In this document: positions 56,874 to 64,000 of the stretch, in pieces
How positions within the stretch are numbered: position 1 is the first letter of the stretch
Layout of the letters: every line of letters starts with the position of its first letter
Source of the DNA: a virus
Strand: one strand, 5' to 3'
Length of the DNA stretch: 64,000 nucleotides
IMG/VR virus record: IMGVR_UViG_3300037501_000166
Notes under the pieces: generated by a model
Database searches by the model: none
Told to the model about the DNA's origin: nothing
Seen by the model: only the letters and a program-made list of their open reading frames with translations
Made by a program: the position numbers and the translations under genes

Positions 56874-58868
56874 CTACCCAGCCTTCCTCTGCCGCTTGTT
56901 AGTCATGGCGGCCTCCAGCTTGTTGATCCACTTGGGAGACTGTGCCGTGATCCACTCTCTGACTTCCTCGTCACTTTCCCTGAGCGCATTGATCGCAGCT
57001 GCATCTCCTTTCTGGAGGGCATTCCGAAGGGCTTCGGGCATGTCGCCTGCCCCAGATAGCTGCATCAGGGCCTCTGATGGAACGGCCTTCTTCCCAGCCC
57101 GCTTACCCTTGCGCTTGAGGGGCCTTTCCATGGCCGCGCTCTCTGGGGTGACTTGGGGAGGCTGCATCCTGGGACGGATCGCCTGAGTGGGAGGAGGCAT
57201 CGGTCCTGGAGGCTGTGGGGAGGCCCCCTGTGGAGGGGGAAGTGGAGGAGGCTCCACTGTCCTTCCTACCTCCGGGGCGCTCTCCATCCTTACCGAGACC
57301 TTTTTCCGATGCGGCTGAACGACGGGGGTCTCTAGGTCTGCCCTACGCTCAGGGCGAACCAAGGCACGGGGGCTCATGGCTTTGGCCCCTCGCTCATTGG
57401 TGAGGGGCTGCTTGATGGGCGGAGGCTCTGGGGGAGCGGGGGCTTGGCCGCCCCTCCTCGCTGCGATGACCTCCCAGGGGGACATGGGGGCTCTCAACGC
57501 CCTGGGCCTCTCGAAGGCTTCCAGGACGGCCCGGGTGGAGGGAGCGGGCCGATACCCTCCCACGTGTACAGCGGGAGCCTCATTGATCGGGACGGCCTCG
57601 GGAGGAATGATGGTCTTCACGGTCCCCCCAGATCCAGATCCAGCAGGAACCTTGGGTGAAGCCGGGACCTCCGGGGGAACGGCGACCTCTGCGGCTCCCC
57701 CAGCCCTTGAAGGAGCGATGGCCTGAACTGGAGGAAGCGCGGGGGCCGCATGCCTCTCCCTCCGAAGCGCACCAGGAGGCTTCAGCCTTCCTATGTAGTC
57801 ATCCAGCATAGTCGGAATGTCGATGGTCGGACCTTGGGGGACGGTGGGAAGCGTCTCCACAGTACCAGGGCCGGCGGCTACTCCTTCCAAGCGAGGAACG
57901 GATCTCGCTGGGGGATAAAGCTCTGTGTGAACCACTCCAGGGCCTGGGGGGAGCTTCCGGCTGAATCCAGGGGGAAGCTCTGGAGTGGTGGGGGTCTTAA
58001 GCTCCTGGATAGACTGCTGAACCATATTATCCAGTGCCTTACCCTCCTGCCCTGCCGCTCCCTTTCCAACCGGGGCCTCAACTGCCTTCTCTCCCATGGC
58101 CCCCAGCTTGGCCGCTCTGCCAGCCCGTGCAGACGCAATAGCCCCCGCCACATAGCCTCCCAAGCCTCCCAGTCCCCCGCCTAGTAGTCGATCCTCGGGG
58201 GTCAATTCAGCGGCGGGCAGGGCAGCGGCCCCTTCAACTGCACCGGCTGCCATTGGAGGGATTACGCGCCCGATCCCTGGGATCTTCCCAATGAGAGAGG
58301 AAAGACCACTTGCCAACTTCCCTCCGGCCAGCATAGAGAGAACAGCTCCAGGAGCCATCCCAATGTCCATGGCGAGCTTGGCCTTGGCGGCCTCTTCTCC
58401 TCCGTACTTCTGGGCGATCTCATGAAGCATCACATCGTAGGGTTGCTCCTTCAATCCTTCCTCGGGGAGGAGCCCATGCCCTGTGGTGAGCTTGGTGGCT
58501 CCCGCCGCCATGGGGACGATCCGGGTCTCATAGAATTTGGCCCAACGGGATTCAGGAGGAGCCTCCACCTGCTGCCCCTTGAATCTTACTGGAGTATGCC
58601 CAGCGGCCAAGGCGTGCGCCCTCTCTTTGGGGGTGGTGTGAGCGACCATCTTACCGATCATCATATTCCCACGGTCTTCGGGAAGCAGATTGACCTCCAC
58701 CAAGTCTCGGGCCGTAGGAGCGTATGCCTCCTTGACCTGCTTGCGGCCCTCCACAGAGAGCATCCCATATTCCGGGGAACTCACGATGTCAGCCCACTCT
58801 TTGAGCCTCATCTGTGGAGCCTGTGGATCTCCCTCCACAGCGAAGAGGACATCCTGCAAGGTCGGCAT
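56874..58868 (-). CDS. Ejection / internal virion protein, Pro-rich
   Basis: Gly/Ala hydrophobic segment followed by a long Pro-rich region; position. Confidence 0.6.
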   Translation of the reverse strand: MPTLQDVLFAVEGDPQAPQMRLKEWADIVSSPEYGMLSVEGRKQVKEAYAPTARDLVEVNLLPEDRGNMMIGKMVAHTTPKERAHALAAGHTPVRFKGQQVEAPPESRWAKFYETRIVPMAAGATKLTTGHGLLPEEGLKEQPYDVMLHEIAQKYGGEEAAKAKLAMDIGMAPGAVLSMLAGGKLASGLSSLIGKIPGIGRVIPPMAAGAVEGAAALPAAELTPEDRLLGGGLGGLGGYVAGAIASARAGRAAKLGAMGEKAVEAPVGKGAAGQEGKALDNMVQQSIQELKTPTTPELPPGFSRKLPPGPGVVHTELYPPARSVPRLEGVAAGPGTVETLPTVPQGPTIDIPTMLDDYIGRLKPPGALRRERHAAPALPPVQAIAPSRAGGAAEVAVPPEVPASPKVPAGSGSGGTVKTIIPPEAVPINEAPAVHVGGYRPAPSTRAVLEAFERPRALRAPMSPWEVIAARRGGQAPAPPEPPPIKQPLTNERGAKAMSPRALVRPERRADLETPVVQPHRKKVSVRMESAPEVGRTVEPPPLPPPQGASPQPPGPMPPPTQAIRPRMQPPQVTPESAAMERPLKRKGKRAGKKAVPSEALMQLSGAGDMPEALRNALQKGDAAAINALRESDEEVREWITAQSPKWINKLEAAMTNKRQRKAG

Positions 58869-59957
58869 CTATTTTACCTCCTGCCCCAGACGCTTCCTGA
58901 GCCTGTCAAGCGCAGGGTTCTCAGACATGGAGACTCCAGGGATCTGAACAGGTTGAGGTGGAGTCTGGGTGGGGGCCGCTTCCTGGGGCTTAACCTGTGC
59001 CTGCGGAGGACTGGGAGGGCGCGGTTGCAGGGTCTCCCTGTAGCGAGACGCGAGCTGGTCAAACTGCCCAGACAGCCTCTCCGCTTCATCCAGATACTGC
59101 TCAGCCCTGTGCATATAACGTTCCGCACCCGGCAGTTCAGTCTGAGCCATTGCCATCGCGGATGAGGCCAGATCATTCAGCCGCCTAATCTGATGGCCCA
59201 AAGTCTGCAACTCCTCCCGTGCAGGACCAGCGGCCATCTTCCGCGTGAGGGCTTCCATGGTCGCTGCGTGCCTCTCCCTCCGCATCTCGTGGATCTCTTT
59301 GGCCCTCTGAAGCGCCTCCTCTTTCTTAGTGGGATCTGCAAGGGCTTGCTTGAGCTGGGCGCTGGCGCGAAGGGCACTCCCAGTTTCCTCCCAACGAGTC
59401 CGAAGCTGCCCAGGTCGCTCCTCCGGGGAGTATCCCCACATGGCACTAGGCATCCTCTGGATGGTATAGCGGCTCCTGGCCTCCTCCAAGTGGGGGAGCT
59501 GACGATGGAGAGCATCGGCCCTGGCTGCCTGATCCTCCAGCGTGAATCCGCGTCCGTGGAGCCGCGCTACATCTGTGAGGCGGACGGTGGCGGGTACTTG
59601 GCCTGCGGGGAGGCCGTATGCCCGCATGGAGTTCTCATCCCTTTCTAAGTGGGCGATGCTTTGGAGGAGGGGGCGCAGGGTTACGGGCTCGGTCTGGAAC
59701 ACCTTGGGATCGACCTCCAGGGGCTGCGTCCCCCACTGCATGAAGCCTGTTGCTTTGGGAACCCTCATGGCCGCTCCCCAGAGGCTCTGGCGCTGCTCCG
59801 GGTCCAGGGCCTCCCAGTTCTGGGCCAGGATCTTGCCGAAGACCTCGTTGCGGACCTGAGCTTCCTGGGCCGCTTCCTCCCGGCCCGCCATCGCCATCGC
59901 GGAGAAGATCCGAGGGTCCATCACCATCCTCCCATGCGGCCTCTGAGAAGCGGCCAT
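58869..59957 (-). CDS. Ejection / internal virion protein, coiled-coil
   Basis: Helical, Gln/Ala-rich; position. Confidence 0.6.
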   Translation of the reverse strand: MAASQRPHGRMVMDPRIFSAMAMAGREEAAQEAQVRNEVFGKILAQNWEALDPEQRQSLWGAAMRVPKATGFMQWGTQPLEVDPKVFQTEPVTLRPLLQSIAHLERDENSMRAYGLPAGQVPATVRLTDVARLHGRGFTLEDQAARADALHRQLPHLEEARSRYTIQRMPSAMWGYSPEERPGQLRTRWEETGSALRASAQLKQALADPTKKEEALQRAKEIHEMRRERHAATMEALTRKMAAGPAREELQTLGHQIRRLNDLASSAMAMAQTELPGAERYMHRAEQYLDEAERLSGQFDQLASRYRETLQPRPPSPPQAQVKPQEAAPTQTPPQPVQIPGVSMSENPALDRLRKRLGQEVK

Positions 59958-60436
59958 GGCAGGGCCTCATCCGTCGCCCAGGTGTTCCGCCCTGATAGAG
60001 CCTCCAGGGACTCATTCATTCCGCCTCCGAGGAGTGGCGGCTGGATGCGCTCGACGGGAGGGGGAACTTGGCCTCTCTGGGGCTGAACCGGTGTGGGCTG
60101 CCCGTAGGCTTGGGCGAGGGCGTTCTGGAGCTGGCGCTGCCAATCCCTCTGGGCGAGCATCTTCTCCGCTGTGTCGCTCCCCTTCATGATCCCCCGAGCG
60201 GCCAGCAATGCCCCAGGGTATGCCTTGAGAGTGTCGATGCTGGGAAAGCTCGTAAGCTCCGGCATTGCGTCCCTGTAAGAGCCAGCCAAGGAAGCGGCAG
60301 AGTCCTTCCCAGCGAACATCTCTGTCAGCCGCGCTCCGACCTCTGGATTGCTTACCATTTGGTAAAGCGTGGTCAGAAGCTGTGGAGTAGGCATCGTTCC
60401 TTCCTGCCCCGGCATGTAAGAAGCATAGTATGGCAT
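59921..60436 (-). CDS. Small ejection-cluster protein
   Basis: Position; GGAG-containing RBS. Confidence 0.5.
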   Translation of the reverse strand: MPYYASYMPGQEGTMPTPQLLTTLYQMVSNPEVGARLTEMFAGKDSAASLAGSYRDAMPELTSFPSIDTLKAYPGALLAARGIMKGSDTAEKMLAQRDWQRQLQNALAQAYGQPTPVQPQRGQVPPPVERIQPPLLGGGMNESLEALSGRNTWATDEALPWPLLRGRMGGW

Positions 60437-60461
60437 CTTCTCACCCTCCTTCCTTGCCCAC

Positions 60462-60953
60462 TCAAGGCTTTCCTATCAAGTAGGGGATGAGCTTGGCGGC
60501 CCCTCCCAAGAGAGACCCGAAGATAGTGCCGAAGGGGCTCTCTGTGCCCGTGGTCTGGGTGGCCGTCGAGGACTGCCCCTGAAGGCCCGTCACCCAAGGC
60601 CCCAAGACACCAAGGGCCTTGTCCCCAGACTGTGAGAGCAGGGGAAGAACGCTCGACAGCACGGACTGGAGCCCCTGCTCCTCCACACCTCCCAAGAGCT
60701 TAATGAATGCAGGGGATCTTTCACTTCCCTCTGGGGCGGCCTCAAGCAGATTCCTCCGCGCCTCCCCGGTCTGCCCCCGCATCTGAGTCAGGAGGTTCTG
60801 GAGCCCCACGCGCTCAGTGTCGGTCATCTCAAACGGATGCATGGCCTTCTGGATGAGGCCGGGGGCCAGCGTCCGTCCGATCTGCTTCCAGCCTAGAAAC
60901 ACAGGCTTGGAAGTCATAGTGTACCCTCCAGAACTTCCTCCTCCACTGCCCAT
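60462..60953 (-). CDS. Small ejection (pilot-like) protein
   Basis: MGSGGGSSGG start and C-terminal FGTIFGSLLGGAA, parallel to 19012-19707. Confidence 0.7.
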   Translation of the reverse strand: MGSGGGSSGGYTMTSKPVFLGWKQIGRTLAPGLIQKAMHPFEMTDTERVGLQNLLTQMRGQTGEARRNLLEAAPEGSERSPAFIKLLGGVEEQGLQSVLSSVLPLLSQSGDKALGVLGPWVTGLQGQSSTATQTTGTESPFGTIFGSLLGGAAKLIPYLIGKP

Positions 60954-60954
60954 T

Positions 60955-61392
60955 TCATCCCTCCTTGAGCCACTTGATGTAGGCGCATCCAATAGGCTCG
61001 TATCCGTATCGCTTCCAGAGCCTCACAGGATGAGGAGACATGCCCAGAACCCGGACCTTCCCCTCCTCCACAAGCGCCTTCTCCACAGCGGCTATGAACT
61101 CTCCAGTCCCATCAGTGCAGCAGAACTGCACAGCCAATTCCGCACTGTCTGTGTAATCCAAGAGCAAGGCGTAGCCCCTCAGCCTCTCCTTCACCATCCA
61201 TCCAAAGAGCCTCCAGCCGTCATTCCTCATGCACTGGAACAGCTCCTCCTTGGCATGGTCCATGGGAACTCTGGCCCTTCCACAGTAGACGTGGAGCAGG
61301 GAATAGAACTCCTCAACGTGCCCTGTCATATCCCTGACTAGCCTACCTTCTCCCATGAGCGGACTCCCGCCATTTAATCCCAAGTCTAGCAA
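60955..61392 (-). CDS. GNAT-fold-like protein
   Basis: LRGYALL...RLWKRYGYEP pattern; same position as 19707-20210. Confidence 0.55.
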   Translation of the reverse strand: MLDLGLNGGSPLMGEGRLVRDMTGHVEEFYSLLHVYCGRARVPMDHAKEELFQCMRNDGWRLFGWMVKERLRGYALLLDYTDSAELAVQFCCTDGTGEFIAAVEKALVEEGKVRVLGMSPHPVRLWKRYGYEPIGCAYIKWLKEG

Positions 61393-61420
61393 GCCCTTGA
61401 AGTATGTCCAGTCTTCTCTC

Positions 61421-61717
61421 TCACGAACTCAGACCCCTAAAGACGGCCCTTAGCTCCTCCGCAGTGAATCCAAGCCCACGCATCTTGGTCATGAACGATC
61501 TGATCAGAGGAAGATCAGGGTTGGGAGGCGGGGGGTGAGCTGTGAAATAGGCGTCGACGATGGCTCTGTACTGAGAGTCAGTGACCTCCACAACCTCCAG
61601 GTCGTCGTCGCTGTAGCCCTGAGCGACGGCGTTCCTGATCATATCCCCCGGATTACCCTTCTCTTGGAAGTCGTTAATCCACTCATGAGTGGATATCACG
61701 CGAAGAAGGTAAGGCAT
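61421..61717 (-). CDS. Putative tail-fibre chaperone
   Basis: Small ORF coupled to the fibre gene. Confidence 0.45.
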   Translation of the reverse strand: MPYLLRVISTHEWINDFQEKGNPGDMIRNAVAQGYSDDDLEVVEVTDSQYRAIVDAYFTAHPPPPNPDLPLIRSFMTKMRGLGFTAEELRAVFRGLSS

Positions 61718-63297
61718 CAGTCCTCCAGCAAAGCGGTCCAGTAGTAGGAAGTTCCACCGGTGTTGACGTTGGCGTGATTTCCAATCACGAAGCCTGTTGA
61801 GTTGAAGGATTGGATCGCGTTAGCGCCGACCAGCGTCCCATCGCCCAGGAAGCATTCCTCACTGGTCATATCAGAGGTCTTCCACACATCCAGCATGGGC
61901 GTGATCACGTCCTTTCCCTGAATATGAACAGCAGTGGGCTGCCACCCCACAGTTATCTGACGGTTATCCGCATTATTCCCCGAGTAGGTGCCGCATGCAA
62001 TCTTGGGATAAATAACCTTGTTGCTTGCCAGAGCACGCAACTTCAAGAATGGGTTGGTTGTAACTCCACGAATGCCGTCCACGTAGAAAGCGGCCCCTAT
62101 AGGGGGAGCGGTATCACACTGGATACGGATGTAACGGACTGCGTCTCTGCCACTGGAGGACAGGGCTGAAATGTCGATAGCGAAAGCGACCCATGTACCC
62201 AGTACGGCTTCCGAGAGCGTAAACGTGAATTGGTGCTGTGTGAAGCCGGTCTCCCCAAAATCAAAGGACCAGTTTCCAGTCAGCGAGTACCCCTCTCCAG
62301 GTGTCTCTTGAAACCGTTCAGCGTAGAGCCAAAAAAGGATGTGAGTGTAGGAGGACCAATTCATGGTTCCGCCAGAGCCGTAATTCCTCTGGAGCGTGCA
62401 TGAGGATGCAGAGGAGGCAGTGGCCTTGATAGAATAGCTCCCTGACATGTGTAGCGTTGACAGGCTTACAGAGGCCGTTCCCTCCCAGTGGTTGGGGGAG
62501 GTGCCCAGGGCATCCATATCGTCTATCGTTGAGGTAGTGGGTTCGATGTACCCCAGCATCCCATCCGTGGTGAGCGAGGATTCAGAAGTGACGAAGGGGA
62601 GAAGGACGGAGCTGCTTGTGCAGAACGCCTGTTCGCAGAAGGAGCTGTAATTGCCCTCCGTGTCATAGGCCCGCGCCTGCACATACCAAGTCTGCCCAAG
62701 ACCTCCCGCGTAAAGGACACACCGAGTAGCGTTTCCCTTGTAGATAAGCGTGTCGTCAGAGGGCGTGAAGTCCTCTACCTGGGATGCGTAGAACTCAAAC
62801 CCACCGAAGTTGGGGTAGTCAAGTAGGTTGACCGGATCGACCTTGATCCGCATGTGAAAGTAATTGGGGTCGATGGCCAATCCCGTTGGAGTAGGGACGT
62901 CGGATTTCTGGCCCCCTGTGTAGATGGGATAGTCCGACGACCAAGGGCTTCTTCCTCGTCCAGGGACGTAGAGAGAGGCCCGCAGGATCAGAGAGGAGAC
63001 GGGCGCAATCCCATAGATGGAAAAGTCTCCATCAGGATCGGAGTGGGTAGTCCATCGCTCGTCTGGGTAGATCACTCTGAGATAGTAAAGCTCCGGGTAG
63101 ACCCCTGGAGGAGGAACCATGGAGACGGCCAGGCGATTCAGGCTATAGGGACCGCTTCCATAGGCTTCTACCTGAGCGGATGTGATGATGGGAGGCTCCG
63201 GGGCTCCCTCCATCGCGAGCTTGTTCAGTCGGGCGTATAGGTCATCAATGACAACTCGAAGCGCCGGGTCTGTGATCCTCCTGGGAGGGGTAATCAT
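61717..63297 (-). CDS. Tail fibre/spike-like protein with fibronectin-III-like domains
   Basis: FEFYASQVEDFTPSDDTLIY..WYVQARAYD FN3-like pattern; C-terminal GTYSGN...GWQP...FNSTGF...YYWTA domain. Confidence 0.65.
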   Translation of the reverse strand: MITPPRRITDPALRVVIDDLYARLNKLAMEGAPEPPIITSAQVEAYGSGPYSLNRLAVSMVPPPGVYPELYYLRVIYPDERWTTHSDPDGDFSIYGIAPVSSLILRASLYVPGRGRSPWSSDYPIYTGGQKSDVPTPTGLAIDPNYFHMRIKVDPVNLLDYPNFGGFEFYASQVEDFTPSDDTLIYKGNATRCVLYAGGLGQTWYVQARAYDTEGNYSSFCEQAFCTSSSVLLPFVTSESSLTTDGMLGYIEPTTSTIDDMDALGTSPNHWEGTASVSLSTLHMSGSYSIKATASSASSCTLQRNYGSGGTMNWSSYTHILFWLYAERFQETPGEGYSLTGNWSFDFGETGFTQHQFTFTLSEAVLGTWVAFAIDISALSSSGRDAVRYIRIQCDTAPPIGAAFYVDGIRGVTTNPFLKLRALASNKVIYPKIACGTYSGNNADNRQITVGWQPTAVHIQGKDVITPMLDVWKTSDMTSEECFLGDGTLVGANAIQSFNSTGFVIGNHANVNTGGTSYYWTALLED

Positions 63298-64000
63298 CTG
63301 GCCTCCAAATTGACTGCGGTCAGCGTGGCTGTGCGAAGGACATGCCTGGCTGACGCGGTGATCTTATACCCCAAATAGAACTTGTGCTGCTCTGGGGAGG
63401 GGAGGGTGACCCGCTCATGCTTGTTATAGAGGGAGTCAAAGGAGAACCCCGTGAACTGCGCAGCCAATTCCCAAGTCACCGTTCCATCTGAGACTGTCTC
63501 TCCCAAGGTAGTGGGCCATGTGGGCTCGGTCGCGACGTGGGAGGTTCCCGCTACAGTACACTTGTAGACTCGGTTCGCGTAGGTGGTGGGAGAGATGAAT
63601 TCCCCCACCGAATAAGCAGTGTTGGCGGCCCATGACGGCCCCCAGGGCTTGCAGTCATGGTAGAGCTGGATCGTCAGGTTCGCGTCGCTTGAGGTCAGCT
63701 TCTTCCCATTCAGGTAGAGTCGGTGGCCGTCCTTGGTAATCTCGGGCATCTCGTATGCGACGGAGCGGGATTGCAGGGTGGAGGTTATGGATGCCCCTCC
63801 TGGATCGGTGTCCCCAGTAAGCGCCTGAACCACATAGCCCGCATTGGCCTGCCCGAAGTAGAGAGTCCCTGTGGACCTCTTGGGAATCCAGCATCCCGCG
63901 TTCATCCCGGAGAACGTCCCCCAGATCCCAGCGGGTAGGTAGCACCAAAGGATCTTGGTGTTGTAGGTTCCCCCTGACGGCGTGTAGGCGATCAGCAGGT
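63294..64000 (-). CDS. Tail hub/nozzle, 3' part (5' end beyond the window)
   Basis: Frame open to the window edge; LYFG..G.V, ITSTLQS..EITK..HRLYL pattern. Confidence 0.65.
   Translation of the reverse strand, partial: LLIAYTPSGGTYNTKILWCYLPAGIWGTFSGMNAGCWIPKRSTGTLYFGQANAGYVVQALTGDTDPGGASITSTLQSRSVAYEMPEITKDGHRLYLNGKKLTSSDANLTIQLYHDCKPWGPSWAANTAYSVGEFISPTTYANRVYKCTVAGTSHVATEPTWPTTLGETVSDGTVTWELAAQFTGFSFDSLYNKHERVTLPSPEQHKFYLGYKITASARHVLRTATLTAVNLEAR

Noticed and set aside
53935-60086. + strand ORFs such as 55092-55976 and 58422-59165
   Set aside because: Antisense to GC-rich ejection genes; expected by chance.

Overview
The whole window is tailed-phage (podovirus-like) DNA made of two genomes joined through a shared block. 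Bases 1-5301 recur at 42508-47808 (offset 42507; all translated ORFs are identical apart from two substitutions near the right end). The 42.5 kb between the copies looks like a complete genome ('phage A'): YqaJ/RecT recombination genes, an orphan methyltransferase, primase-polymerase/helicase, SSB-like protein, RusA, terminase, P22-like portal, scaffold, major capsid protein, adaptor/hub, ejection proteins, tail fibre and lysis genes. It carries a decayed IS21 and an IS3 fragment but no recognisable integrase. After the second copy the sequence continues into a different phage ('phage B') with a UDG-PolA fusion, a DUF3987-like helicase and its own ejection/tail genes; its head genes lie beyond the window. 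The three most unusual observations are all in phage A. (1) A translationally coupled cassette of two Maf/DUF115-like proteins, a BtrN-like radical SAM/SPASM enzyme and a SAM methyltransferase sits directly behind the major capsid gene, a candidate capsid glycosylation system. (2) Six consecutive tail/decoration-like genes each begin with a Sec-type signal peptide. (3) A signal-peptide-bearing protein with two CxxCH motifs (c-type cytochrome-like) sits in the lysis cassette. All family assignments come from motif recognition by eye, without database searches, and whether the A-B junction is biological or an assembly path cannot be decided from sequence alone.
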